A model generated the notes under the pieces. It made no database searches. It worked only from the letters and a program-made list of their open reading frames with translations, and was not told the DNA's origin. Of a stretch of DNA of 64,000 bases, positions 27,053 through 37,350 are shown in pieces (position 1 is the stretch's first letter; the number at the start of each line of letters is the position of its first letter). The position numbers were made by a program, and so were the translations under genes. Origin of the DNA: Candidatus Levybacteria bacterium RIFCSPHIGHO2_01_FULL_41_15. GTDB lineage: Bacteria; Patescibacteriota; Microgenomatia; Levybacterales; UBA12049. Location: contig MFNV01000009.1 in NCBI GenBank assembly GCA_001782165.1, forward strand, positions 56,123 to 120,122, read 5' to 3'.

Positions 27053-28398
27053 GAAATACAATCTGGCAAAAAAGAATTCCAACGCTTCTTGGAATACTTT
27101 TTATAACTATAGGCATTGGAATAACAACATACCTTATTAAAACGGGCGTATTGTTTACAACAAAAGCAGGACCCTCCGAAGATCCTCACAATGTCCGAAT
27201 AACAAATATCACAGACAGTTCTTTTACAGTATCCTATACAACAGCGAATAAAGTTGTAGGTTCTGTCAATTACGGCAGGGATCAAGATCTTTCACAAATA
27301 ACGCTTGACGATCGGGATGAAAACGGAACAGTATCAAACTTTTCGATTCACTATATAACAGTTAAGAATTTGGAGCCTCAAACAACGTACTACTTGTCAA
27401 TTAACTCCGGGGGAGAAACATTTACCCAAGATGGATCTTTGTATAGAATTCAGACAGTCTCTCCTATTCCGCGTCTTGGAGAAGAGGATAAATTAATAAG
27501 CGGAAAAATTCTTTTTCCCGATTCATCCACAAGAGAAGCCTTAGTTTATATATCGGCAGATGAAACAAACACTATATCAACCTTAGTAAAAGAAGACGGC
27601 ACCTATTCTATTCTTCTTAATTTATTAAGAGGCAAGGACATGTCTTCCTATTATAGTTTGTCAGAGCAAACTCCCTTTCGCATGTTGGTTGAGGGGCAAA
27701 AAGAGTCGTCAAATGTGAGATTTAATATTCCTCCATCAGGCGCTCTTCCCGACATAGGTTTAGGGAATGAATATGATTTTACTTCCGAAAACTTACCCGA
27801 AGCTACTCAATCCGCGGCAAGTATTTTTTCATCCTTAGATCTTCAGGGACAAACTTCCCCAATGCCAAAAATTTCAATCCCCAAGGAAAATCAGACATTC
27901 ACCGACAATCAACCCAAATTTACCGGCACTGCTGTCCCGCAAAGTTCTATTGAAATAGTTATTCACTCCGATGAAAACATAAGAACACAGGTTACCGCGG
28001 ACCTTAGAGGAAATTGGAGCTTTAGACCCTCCTTACCCCTTTCTCCAGGAGTTCATACTATTACAATAATTGCCAGAGATGCGGGGGGAATATTGCGAAC
28101 AATTACTCAGTCCTTTACTATTTTTGAATCAGGAACACAAGTTGCAGAGGCAGCTACCCCATCTGCTACCCCTGTGGTAACCATCACTCCAACACCCACC
28201 CCGACTATGCAACCTACTCCTACAACAGTGATCATAACTCCGACTCCAACAACGCCACCTCAAGTGACAATTGTCCCCTCTCCCACAATACCTCCTCCCG
28301 GAAACTCATCTGCTCTGCTTTTGGGAATATTGGGCGTAGGACTTTCTGTTTTAGGTTTCTTTATATTACTTCTGTCTAGGGGCGCTTCTTCCTTATGA
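27049..28398 (+). CDS. Surface protein with FN3-like and Ig-like domains, PT-rich linker and C-terminal TM anchor
   Basis: N-terminal TM, 'ITNITDSSFTVSYTT…LEPQTTYYLSINS' FN3-like segment, 'TPTPTPTMQPTPTT' linker and a C-terminal hydrophobic anchor. Confidence 0.5.
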   Translation: MRNTIWQKRIPTLLGILFITIGIGITTYLIKTGVLFTTKAGPSEDPHNVRITNITDSSFTVSYTTANKVVGSVNYGRDQDLSQITLDDRDENGTVSNFSIHYITVKNLEPQTTYYLSINSGGETFTQDGSLYRIQTVSPIPRLGEEDKLISGKILFPDSSTREALVYISADETNTISTLVKEDGTYSILLNLLRGKDMSSYYSLSEQTPFRMLVEGQKESSNVRFNIPPSGALPDIGLGNEYDFTSENLPEATQSAASIFSSLDLQGQTSPMPKISIPKENQTFTDNQPKFTGTAVPQSSIEIVIHSDENIRTQVTADLRGNWSFRPSLPLSPGVHTITIIARDAGGILRTITQSFTIFESGTQVAEAATPSATPVVTITPTPTPTMQPTPTTVIITPTPTTPPQVTIVPSPTIPPPGNSSALLLGILGVGLSVLGFFILLLSRGASSL

Positions 28399-28484
28399 GG
28401 ATAGCAATTGCGGGAGTCGCTCTTTTGCCCACCTTATAAACCTGGTATCGATTTTAAACTTTACTTAAAATCTAAATAAAAAGC

Positions 28485-29693
28485 GTGTATAATCTTCCAG
28501 TATTCTTACAATTTATGAGAAAAAACAAACTTAATGTTTTTTTAATATTTTTTTTAATATTTATAATTACGTTTTTTATCTATTTTATTACTTCTCCAAA
28601 AAATACTTATTTTGATTATTTTACAAGACTTGCATATGCTTTTATTAATCATAGACTTTATCTCACAGAACACCCCTCATGGTTAAGTGAATTAATTCCA
28701 ATAGGAGGGGGATATTTCGTTGTCTATCCCCCTATGCCAGCAGTGTTACTTGTACCTTTTGTTATTTTTTTAGGTGCAGGTATTTCTCAAACTATTTTTT
28801 CTATACTTATTGGAAGTATAAATCCGGTTATATTATATAGCCTTCTCACAAGAATAAAAATAACTACTAAAACAGCACTCATTGCTACGGTTTTCTTTGC
28901 ATTTGGAACAAACTATTGGTTTTTATCCAGTATCGGCTCTGCCTGGTATTTGGCTCACATTGTTGCAATCTTTTTTCTTTTGCTGGCCATAAGAGAAACT
29001 TTTGGTAAACAAAGATTGCTTTTAATAGGCTTACTTTTGGGAGCAAGTTTTTGGTCAAGGTCAACGATAATTTTTACTCTTCCCTTCTTTCTTTTTTATA
29101 TGAAAGGGAAATTCTGGCCTCTTAAAAAAGATTCATTCCAAAATCTCATAATTTTAGCTCTTGGAATAGGTTTTTTTGTTTTTCTCGACGGAATTTATAA
29201 TTATTTAAGGTTTCAAAAAATTAGCCCTCTTTCTCCCTATGAAATGGTACCCGATTTACAAAAAACAGAAGCAATGAGAAAAGGATTATTAAGCTTTGCA
29301 AATATACCAAAACATATAGACGTAATGTTCTTGAGATTACCGAAAATCCAAAACTCCTGGCCTTATGTAATTCCATCCCTATATGGAATGGCAATTTGGT
29401 TTACTTCCCCCGCGATTATTTTAATTTTTAGGGCAAAAAAAACTCTTTTAATGTTTGCCTGCTGGACCGCAATTATTACCACTTTTTTTATGATATCTCT
29501 TTGGGCAGAAGCCGGCTTTTCTCAATTTGGCTATCGGCTTGCTCAAGATTTTATGCCCTTTATAATCATCTTAGTTGCTCTAGGAATAGGTCAAAAGCCG
29601 GGGAAAATTGTTTATTTTCTTCTCTTAATTAGTATCTTAATCAACCTTTGGGGAGTTATAATGATTAACTTTCTAAATACCTGGGTAATTTAA
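28485..29693 (+). CDS. GT-C fold polytopic membrane glycosyltransferase-like protein
   Basis: About 11 TM segments, with conserved Pro/aromatic loops typical of GT-C (PMT_2 / GT87-like) enzymes. Confidence 0.45.
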   Translation: MYNLPVFLQFMRKNKLNVFLIFFLIFIITFFIYFITSPKNTYFDYFTRLAYAFINHRLYLTEHPSWLSELIPIGGGYFVVYPPMPAVLLVPFVIFLGAGISQTIFSILIGSINPVILYSLLTRIKITTKTALIATVFFAFGTNYWFLSSIGSAWYLAHIVAIFFLLLAIRETFGKQRLLLIGLLLGASFWSRSTIIFTLPFFLFYMKGKFWPLKKDSFQNLIILALGIGFFVFLDGIYNYLRFQKISPLSPYEMVPDLQKTEAMRKGLLSFANIPKHIDVMFLRLPKIQNSWPYVIPSLYGMAIWFTSPAIILIFRAKKTLLMFACWTAIITTFFMISLWAEAGFSQFGYRLAQDFMPFIIILVALGIGQKPGKIVYFLLLISILINLWGVIMINFLNTWVI

Positions 29694-29708
29694 TTAATAA
29701 ACTTTAAC

Positions 29709-31055
29709 CTACTTCCAGCTCGTAAACCAAAAATAAGAATCGTACCAACTGGTGCATCCCTGAGGATTTATACACCGAGGTATATGAATTGCCGTCCACA
29801 AAGGAAAGAAATAAACAAATAAAACTAACAACAGAGAAAGAAAAGTTATTACGAATGCTTTACCGATTTTTTGAAACAAAAGTTTATTAAGAACATAACC
29901 CGTTGCAATTGCCAAAAACGGAACTGCCGGCATATAATGATAATAAAACATAATTCTCGGAGAACCAACCCATGGCAGAAAAAACCCAAAATATCCAATA
30001 AGAACTACTGCGATGCCTAAAGTCCTTTTTCTAATGAATTCAAAGAGAAGAAAAATAACTGATACTAACCCAAACCACATAAAAAGCGGGTTGCCCAAGT
30101 TATAAATACTGGCGATCGTATTATCTTTGTAATCTACATAAATCCAAACCGGACGAAGATCAAATACCCATTGAGCCGGGGTTGATTGGGATGGATGATG
30201 TGCCTTAAGACGTGTATGGTACCAATATATCTGTTTCTGCAAGCCAATAAAAGTTTCCGTGTTAAAAACTGACGGGTTGTTTCCGGGAGGAGTATGTTTT
30301 CCGGTAAAAAATGGCAAATAAACAGCTAAATAAACAAGCAAGGGAATAATTAAAAAGAATAAAGGCGCTGCTATTAAATTTTTAATAGCGATTCTTTTGG
30401 AAATATTTTTTTTCCTAAGCTTTAAAATAAGCTCACCTATATATATTATGCCGATTATTTCTACTCCAAAGAGTCCAGTCCATTTTGAAGCGATAGAAAG
30501 TCCCAACGACAAGCCCATTAAAAATTTTCGGTTGTATAAGAAAAATAAGAAAGCGAGCAAAATAAAAAATAAAAGATACATATCGTTCATTGCAATACGC
30601 GACATAACAAGAAGCAAACCATCTAAAGAAGCGGTAAGAGACGCAAATAATGCAATTAAACGGTTTTTAAAAAGTTTATAACTAATTAAGTAAATAAGAA
30701 CTATTACGCCAAAACCAAAAAGGGCTGAAAAAAATCTCCATGCAAAAGCATTATCTCCAAAAATAGACATTGCAATTACCATAAATTCTTTAGCTAAAGG
30801 TGGATGCGTCCATTCATACGCAAATCCTTTCGGAGGAGTGTTCCACCATTCCCACGCAGCCGGATTGCCCTTGAACATTTGTTCTGCGGTAAAAGCATGG
30901 TAAACTTCGTCAAACATATAAGTACTTGGTACATTTAATCTTAGGAGGCGGGTAAAAAATGCAAAGGCAAAAATTATAATTTCGGGAAGCCAGTTTGTTT
31001 TGCTTAAGATTTCTTTAATTAGGTGTTTTACTTTTAATGTGATTACTTTTAACAT
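29709..31055 (-). CDS. Dolichyl/polyprenyl-phosphate-mannose protein mannosyltransferase-like (GT39/PMT family, GT-C)
   Basis: 'FDEVYHAFTA' DE motif in loop 1, plus the polytopic topology. Confidence 0.62.
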   Translation of the reverse strand: MLKVITLKVKHLIKEILSKTNWLPEIIIFAFAFFTRLLRLNVPSTYMFDEVYHAFTAEQMFKGNPAAWEWWNTPPKGFAYEWTHPPLAKEFMVIAMSIFGDNAFAWRFFSALFGFGVIVLIYLISYKLFKNRLIALFASLTASLDGLLLVMSRIAMNDMYLLFFILLAFLFFLYNRKFLMGLSLGLSIASKWTGLFGVEIIGIIYIGELILKLRKKNISKRIAIKNLIAAPLFFLIIPLLVYLAVYLPFFTGKHTPPGNNPSVFNTETFIGLQKQIYWYHTRLKAHHPSQSTPAQWVFDLRPVWIYVDYKDNTIASIYNLGNPLFMWFGLVSVIFLLFEFIRKRTLGIAVVLIGYFGFFLPWVGSPRIMFYYHYMPAVPFLAIATGYVLNKLLFQKIGKAFVITFLSLLLVLFVYFFPLWTAIHIPRCINPQGCTSWYDSYFWFTSWK

Positions 31056-32319
31056 ATCGCTTATTTTTAATAAATAACCGTTGATTTTTAAAATAAACTA
31101 CAATCATAATACCAAAAACAGTAAGTGAAATTATAGAAAAAATCAATTTATAACTTGAGGATATGTCAAAGAGAATGTTTTTCGAAGCTATAGGGTTATT
31201 GTAGATAACGTTGTAGTAATAATATGAATAAAAGAGATTAATAAAATTTACAATTGTAAGTATAATGTAACTTGCTATTATAATTCTTGATTTTAAAATA
31301 CACGCTGAAATAATAAGTAACGCAAAGACTGGAAACAAGTGACGTTCATGAATGCGGGTCAAAAACAAAAAGAACCCAAATGAAGACAGTGCGCTGGCAA
31401 AATAATCTAGCTGTGTTCCTATTCTTACCTTTTTTCTTAAATAAGGAACAAGAATAATACAGAGAACAAATACATATAAAATGTAACTCCAAGTATGGTA
31501 TGGTAAGTTAAACCACATAGTAGTATCCGGCTTCCACCAACCAAATAAAGCCCAAAAATTATATGCGTTAATAGAAGTGTAAGGATAAGTGTTAACCGCG
31601 CTAAGAAAGTGTTTAAATCCTCCAAAAATTGGGTCCGTTGGAAAAAATGGAACAGAAATAAGAAAAAAAACAAGAAAAGTTAATAATAATGCGGACACAT
31701 TTTTTTTTGCCGAAAAACTTTTTATCAATCTAATTAAAATAATCGGAAAAGCCGATAAATTTAAGGGTTTTATAAGAAAAGACAATGTATTTGCTATTGA
31801 CCACTGTTTAATATTACGTCTCTCTTCCAATTGATAAAGGGAGTATATAAATAGAAAAGTGGGGATTGCATCTATTTGTCCCCAAACAGAACTGTTAAAA
31901 ACAGTGCTTGGATTAACCAAATACAGAAGGCTGCCTACCGTAGCCCATTTCTTTGAATATTTATTTATAATGACAAAAATTGTATATGCCGTTAAAATAT
32001 CAAAGATATTGCTGATAACTTTTATGTAGATTTCGAAAGTAATTGAAAAAATAGCAGCTTTGCCAAAAATCACAATAAAGATCTCTGAAAGAACCCACAA
32101 CAAAAAATAGTAAAAAGGTAAATAATCCGCAAAAAAATTGGATGTATAAAAATTAAGAGGACCTACGTCAACAAGCCTAGTCGCCCATGCTTGCCAATCA
32201 TTCATATCTATTTTAAAACTTGGTTGAGTAAATAAAAATATTCGAATAAGTAAAATAAGTATTAGGAATAATTTTAACAGTGGGGGTATTTTCTTGTATT
32301 CTCTTAAAATTTTTTCCAT
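31015..32319 (-). CDS. GT-C-like polytopic membrane protein (putative glycosyltransferase)
   Basis: Polytopic membrane protein lying between the PMT-like and LCP genes. Confidence 0.4.
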   Translation of the reverse strand: MEKILREYKKIPPLLKLFLILILLIRIFLFTQPSFKIDMNDWQAWATRLVDVGPLNFYTSNFFADYLPFYYFLLWVLSEIFIVIFGKAAIFSITFEIYIKVISNIFDILTAYTIFVIINKYSKKWATVGSLLYLVNPSTVFNSSVWGQIDAIPTFLFIYSLYQLEERRNIKQWSIANTLSFLIKPLNLSAFPIILIRLIKSFSAKKNVSALLLTFLVFFLISVPFFPTDPIFGGFKHFLSAVNTYPYTSINAYNFWALFGWWKPDTTMWFNLPYHTWSYILYVFVLCIILVPYLRKKVRIGTQLDYFASALSSFGFFLFLTRIHERHLFPVFALLIISACILKSRIIIASYIILTIVNFINLFYSYYYYNVIYNNPIASKNILFDISSSYKLIFSIISLTVFGIMIVVYFKNQRLFIKNKRYVKSNHIKSKTPN

Positions 32320-32325
32320 TGTTAT

Positions 32326-33435
32326 TTAACTTTGGGGCTTTATAGAGACTGGGCAATTCTCGGTCTTAATTTCACAATCAATATATTTTTGAATCTCGGA
32401 AAAATTACTATTGCCGACTCTCGGTATAAGAACCCACTCGAAGTTATATTCTTCTGATAAATCGGGGTGAACCAAAAGCCCTGCTCTTTGTTTTTGCTGG
32501 TTTCCTATATCAATGACAATGCTTTCAGTTTTTGCTTTTTTCATCTTATTAAAAAGTCTTATGAAATCGTCAAACTCTTTTTCTTTTATATCGGTATCTA
32601 TGCTTTCTTTAAGAATATCGTATAGACCTATAACCTTTGCAGGATTTACCAAGCTTTGAAGAGAAAAAACTTTATCTTTAAAAGCTTTTATGATTTTTTC
32701 CTGCCTTTTGCTTCTTGCAAAGTCTGACCCTTCCTCCCCTTGTCCATGACGGGATCGAACAAACATAAGAGCGGTTTTGCCATCCATACGCTGAAAGCCT
32801 TTACTAAAACGGATATGCATATAACGGCAAGGGAAGGCTTTAAGCTGAGACGATGCTGTTGCAAACTCCTTAAGCTCCTCCTCTGAGTGCCCGCACGGAT
32901 CATCCTCCTTTCCTGTTATCGGATACTCGTAGTCATCAAATGACCGCTCAACATCAACATCAAGACCTCCCACCAGATCAACAGCCTTAACAAATCCGTC
33001 AAAATCTATCAGAAGGGCATAATCAATTGGCTGATTAATTACTTTCCTAACAGCCGCCTTTGCCAATACCAAGCCCCCTCCTTTTCTCTTGTCCTCTCCT
33101 TTGGAATAAGCCGTATTTACCTTCCCAGTTATATCAGGCACCCAAAGATCTCTTGGAATAGAAATAAGTTCAATTTTATCCCCCCCTGAAGAAAGACTTG
33201 CAAAAACTATTGTATCGGTTAGATTGGGCCCCTGATGAGCTCCGCCACCAATGCCCAAGAGAAGAACATTTACATTATGGTCAGTCTTTTTAAGATCTAT
33301 TTCTCTATTGAATAACAGCTGAAACAGAAAAGGAGACAACTTTGCAATTTTAAAAACAGCTTGCCCTGCGAAAAACAAAATTATAATTCCTAAGATCAGC
33401 AAAATAATTTTTTGGGGATTTTTATTTTTACGCAT
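32326..33435 (-). CDS. LytR-CpsA-Psr (LCP) family glycopolymer phosphotransferase
   Basis: N-terminal TM followed by an LCP domain '…NVLLLGIGGGAHQGPNLTDTIVFASL…ISIPRDLWV'. Confidence 0.8.
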   Translation of the reverse strand: MRKNKNPQKIILLILGIIILFFAGQAVFKIAKLSPFLFQLLFNREIDLKKTDHNVNVLLLGIGGGAHQGPNLTDTIVFASLSSGGDKIELISIPRDLWVPDITGKVNTAYSKGEDKRKGGGLVLAKAAVRKVINQPIDYALLIDFDGFVKAVDLVGGLDVDVERSFDDYEYPITGKEDDPCGHSEEELKEFATASSQLKAFPCRYMHIRFSKGFQRMDGKTALMFVRSRHGQGEEGSDFARSKRQEKIIKAFKDKVFSLQSLVNPAKVIGLYDILKESIDTDIKEKEFDDFIRLFNKMKKAKTESIVIDIGNQQKQRAGLLVHPDLSEEYNFEWVLIPRVGNSNFSEIQKYIDCEIKTENCPVSIKPQS

Positions 33436-34138
33436 TCTTTATAATTTCTACGAATTCTCGTGGATCAAGACTCGCCTGTCCTACTAACGCACCCTCTATG
33501 TTTGGCTGGGAGAAAAAAGAGGCAACATTGTCTGAATTTACACTTCCACCATATAGAATTTTTATTTCCCCAATCCGTTCTTTTATTTTACCAGCATACA
33601 AATTTGAATCTTCCGGAGAATCAGGTTTGTATTCTCCTCCGCCGCTAATCGCATCGGGGGGCTCATAAACAAACAATATTTCCTCAGATCTTCCTATAAT
33701 TTGTCTTCCTCTATTAACATAAGAGTCCAATTGTGACAAATCGCTAATACAAAGAATGGGCATGATTTTGTATTCCAAAAGAAGCTTTATTTTTTCAATA
33801 ACATCATCATCGTTCTCATTAAAATATTTCCTTCTTTCAGAATGACCAACAATACAATACTTAACTAATCCGCTTATCATTTGTGCTGTTACTTCTCCTG
33901 TATAAGCTCCTTCTCTAAATTTAGAAACATTCTGAGCGCCAAGCTTGAATGGCAATTTATGATTTACAATATATGATTTAAGATTTGGAAGAAGAGTAAA
34001 CGAGGGACAAAGTATGATTTCTTTATATTCTATATGTGATATTTGATATTTGATATTTGATATTTCCTCAAGCCATTCCTCTGCCTCATTGATTGTTTTG
34101 TTGGATTTCCAGTTAGCTATAATAAAAAGTTTTTTCAT
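33428..34138 (-). CDS. tpiA: Triosephosphate isomerase
   Basis: 'IIANWKSN', 'IVGHSERR' and 'YEPP…AIGGG'. Contains an in-frame (TGATATT)x4 repeat. Confidence 0.9.
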   Translation of the reverse strand: MKKLFIIANWKSNKTINEAEEWLEEISNIKYQISHIEYKEIILCPSFTLLPNLKSYIVNHKLPFKLGAQNVSKFREGAYTGEVTAQMISGLVKYCIVGHSERRKYFNENDDDVIEKIKLLLEYKIMPILCISDLSQLDSYVNRGRQIIGRSEEILFVYEPPDAISGGGEYKPDSPEDSNLYAGKIKERIGEIKILYGGSVNSDNVASFFSQPNIEGALVGQASLDPREFVEIIKNA

Positions 34139-34251
34139 ACATTCGGTATACTCAGTATGATCTCTTCGAGCCTGAGCCTCAGAGCCGATGGCCTGAGCAA
34201 AGTCGAAGGGTCATATGTTAAAATCAATAAGCAGTTTATCTATTATAGATT

Positions 34252-36090
34252 ATGGGTGAAGACTTTCTCAAGGATTTAAACCGAGAGCAGCAAGAAGCAG
34301 TCAAACATGCACAGGGACCTTCCATAATTCTCGCAGGAGCAGGTTCAGGAAAAACCCGAGTCCTTACCTACAAGGTTGTTTATCTAATAAAAGAGTTGGG
34401 AATTAATCCTGAGAATATCTTAATGGTCACCTTCACCAACAAAGCCGCAAATGAAATGCGGGGAAGAATCCAGAAACTTGTTCCTACGTCTCCTACGGTT
34501 GCAACCTTTCATTCTCTTTCAAGTAAAATCCTAAGACGCGATGGAATTCACATCAGCATTCCCCCAAATTTTGTCATTTATGACGAGCAGGATCAGACCG
34601 AGGCCTTAAAAGAAGCTATGCGAATTTTGGATATATCTTTTCGGGATTTTAAACCCTCATCTGTTCTTTCGACAATATCAGAGGCAAAAAACGAGCTTGT
34701 TACAGATGTAGAATATACAAGTTATGCCCACGGCTACTTTCAGGAAACAGTTGCTAGAATCTATCCTGTTTACCAAAAGACTCTCAAAGAAAATAATGCT
34801 TTGGATTTTGATGATTTAATTTTAAAAACTATTTATCTTTTTGATGAAAATCCTCAAATTCTTAAAAAATATCAGGATAAATTTCAATACATATTAATTG
34901 ATGAGTATCAGGATACAAACCACGCCCAGTTTATTTTGACAAAAATGCTTTCGGGAGAATCTGGATCCCCCAATGTTTGCATAGTGGGAGATTTCTCTCA
35001 AAGCATTTATAGTTGGCGCGGAGCAGATTTTAAAAATCTTACTAAGTTTAGGGAGGATTTTAAAGATGCACAAACTTTTTCCCTTTCCCAAAATTACAGA
35101 TCGACCCAGAAAATACTTGATGCCGCAGGATCCGTAATTTCCAAAAATACTTCCCATCCCGTTTTGGAACTTTGGACGGAAAATCCAAAAGGCGAAAATG
35201 TAGTTTTGTATGAAGCCCTAAACGAACACGATGAGGCAGAATTTATAGTCAATCAAATAATGGAAACAGGATATAAAAAAAGAGATCTAAAATTTTCAGA
35301 TTTTGCAGTTCTTTATAGAACCAATGCGCAATCAAGGGCAATTGAGGAGGTTTTTCTTCACAAAGGACTCCCTTATATTCTTATCGGAGGAACAAGATTC
35401 TATGAAAGGCGCGAAATAAAAGATGTTTTGGCATACTTAAGGCTTTTGGCAAATCCCAAAGATAAGATATCCTTCAAAAGAATAGAAAAACTTGGCAAGG
35501 GAAGATTTAAGAAATTTGAAGAATTTCAGAAAGAATTTCTTCCCAAAACTGAAAATCTCAAAACAATTGAAATCCTTGATCTTATTCTTGTAAAAACCGA
35601 TTATCTATCTTTGTATGATGAGAAGGACGAGGAAGAAAGACAAAGGCTTGAGAATATAAAGGAGCTTCGCTCAGTTGCAATAGAGTTTCCCGATTTAACT
35701 ACCTTTTTGGAAAATGTTTCCTTGGTTGAACAAGAGTATTTGCCCGACCATCCCAAAAACGGAGAAAAAAAGGATGCGGTTAATCTGATGACACTTCATG
35801 CTGCAAAAGGGCTTGAGTTTCACGCAGTATTTATGGTAGGCATGGAAGAGGGGCTTTTTCCGCATTCCCGAAGTCTTATGGACAGGAATGAACTTGAGGA
35901 GGAAAGAAGGCTTTGCTATGTAGGGATGACAAGAGCTGAAGAAAAATTATTCCTGACATATTCAAGGAGAAGGTTATTTTTCGGCCAGAGAACTTCAAAT
36001 ATTGTTTCAAGGTTCATTTTGGAATTGCCCGAGAAAGTTATTTCGCAAAACATTAGGTTAATGACAGAAGATTCTTCGGAATTTTTATGA
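34252..36090 (+). CDS. pcrA: ATP-dependent DNA helicase, UvrD/PcrA/Rep family
   Basis: 'ILAGAGSGKTRVLTYKV' and other helicase motifs including 'TLHAAKGLEF'. Confidence 0.92.
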   Translation: MGEDFLKDLNREQQEAVKHAQGPSIILAGAGSGKTRVLTYKVVYLIKELGINPENILMVTFTNKAANEMRGRIQKLVPTSPTVATFHSLSSKILRRDGIHISIPPNFVIYDEQDQTEALKEAMRILDISFRDFKPSSVLSTISEAKNELVTDVEYTSYAHGYFQETVARIYPVYQKTLKENNALDFDDLILKTIYLFDENPQILKKYQDKFQYILIDEYQDTNHAQFILTKMLSGESGSPNVCIVGDFSQSIYSWRGADFKNLTKFREDFKDAQTFSLSQNYRSTQKILDAAGSVISKNTSHPVLELWTENPKGENVVLYEALNEHDEAEFIVNQIMETGYKKRDLKFSDFAVLYRTNAQSRAIEEVFLHKGLPYILIGGTRFYERREIKDVLAYLRLLANPKDKISFKRIEKLGKGRFKKFEEFQKEFLPKTENLKTIEILDLILVKTDYLSLYDEKDEEERQRLENIKELRSVAIEFPDLTTFLENVSLVEQEYLPDHPKNGEKKDAVNLMTLHAAKGLEFHAVFMVGMEEGLFPHSRSLMDRNELEEERRLCYVGMTRAEEKLFLTYSRRRLFFGQRTSNIVSRFILELPEKVISQNIRLMTEDSSEFL

Positions 36091-37106
36091 AGCCTCAGGA
36101 TTTTAACAAAAACGTGAATCACCCGCTCCAAAGCTACGAATGGGGGAAATTCAGAGAAAAAACAGGCATTAAAGTTATAAGAGGCGGTGATTTTCAACTT
36201 ACAATTCATAAAATTCCCTATCTTCCGTGGACTATTGGTTATCTGCCAAAAGGAAAGTTGCCCGATAAAAAACTTGTCGAAGAACTTAAAAAAATCGGTA
36301 AAGAAAATCACTGCATCTTGATCCAACTCGAGCCAAATGTTGAGAAAATTTCAAATTTAAAATTTCAAATTTCAAATTTAGGCATGGTGCCTGCAGCGCA
36401 TCCTCTCTTTACAAAATATACTTTCATTCTAGATCTCACAAAGAGTGAAGATGAATTGTTAAAAGTAATGCATCCTAAGACCCGTTACAACATAAAAGTA
36501 GCACTTAAACACGGAGTCGAAGTTATTGAGTATGATTCAGATGAAGCTTTTAAAGCTTATTTAAAATTAACCGAGGAAACTACCAGAAGACAAAAATTCT
36601 ACGCCCACACTCAAGATTACCATAAAAAAATGTGGGAGATTTTGAAATCTGAAAATGGAAAATCAATGATAAATGATAAATGGAAAATGGAAAATTTTAA
36701 TCGCTTAACTGCCTATTTGCTACTTGCGAAATATCGAAAAACGAAGAACAAAAAACCAATAACTTTAGTCGCTTGGATCTTGTTTACCTTCAAAGACACT
36801 CTCTACTATCCTTACGGCGCGTCATCAACTGAACATCGAGAAACAATGGCAAGTAATCTTATGATGTGGGAAACAATAAGATTTGGTAAAAAACTGGGTC
36901 TTGCGAAATTTGACATGTGGGGAGCGTTAGGGTCCGACCCTGATCCAAAAGACCCTTGGTACGGCTTCAATAAATTTAAACAAGGCTATGGCGGAAAACC
37001 CGTAGAATTTGTGGGAAGTTATGATTTAGTTATCAATCCTGTCTTATATAATCTTTATAAAGTAGCCAACAAAATCAGATGGGCTATTCTAAAATTTAAA
37101 AAATAG
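36087..37106 (+). CDS. FemAB-family peptidoglycan interpeptide-bridge aminoacyltransferase-like protein
   Basis: 339 aa with FemABX-like conserved blocks ('YEWGKF…', 'WETIRFGKKLG…FDMWG'). Confidence 0.6.
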   Translation: MKPQDFNKNVNHPLQSYEWGKFREKTGIKVIRGGDFQLTIHKIPYLPWTIGYLPKGKLPDKKLVEELKKIGKENHCILIQLEPNVEKISNLKFQISNLGMVPAAHPLFTKYTFILDLTKSEDELLKVMHPKTRYNIKVALKHGVEVIEYDSDEAFKAYLKLTEETTRRQKFYAHTQDYHKKMWEILKSENGKSMINDKWKMENFNRLTAYLLLAKYRKTKNKKPITLVAWILFTFKDTLYYPYGASSTEHRETMASNLMMWETIRFGKKLGLAKFDMWGALGSDPDPKDPWYGFNKFKQGYGGKPVEFVGSYDLVINPVLYNLYKVANKIRWAILKFKK

Positions 37107-37114
37107 CTATCCTT

Positions 37115-37345
37115 ATGATATATATATATAATTATATGAGAAAAGAATATGGTCTCTTTATTGTTGGCGTTATTTTAATAGCTTTCTCCATAGTCCCTGC
37201 GCCGGAAGTTGTATGCATCAAATCTCCATGCGGGGGCTCAGAATATCTTTTTGGGATCATACCTAGCATTTGGGCATCCATTCTAGGAGTCATTCTGGTA
37301 ATAGTATCTCTTGGTTTGATTATTAAAAAGAAACCTAAACAGTAA
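37115..37345 (+). CDS. Small 2-TM membrane protein
   Basis: 76-aa hydrophobic ORF. Confidence 0.4.
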   Translation: MIYIYNYMRKEYGLFIVGVILIAFSIVPAPEVVCIKSPCGGSEYLFGIIPSIWASILGVILVIVSLGLIIKKKPKQ

Positions 37346-37350
37346 CTCTC

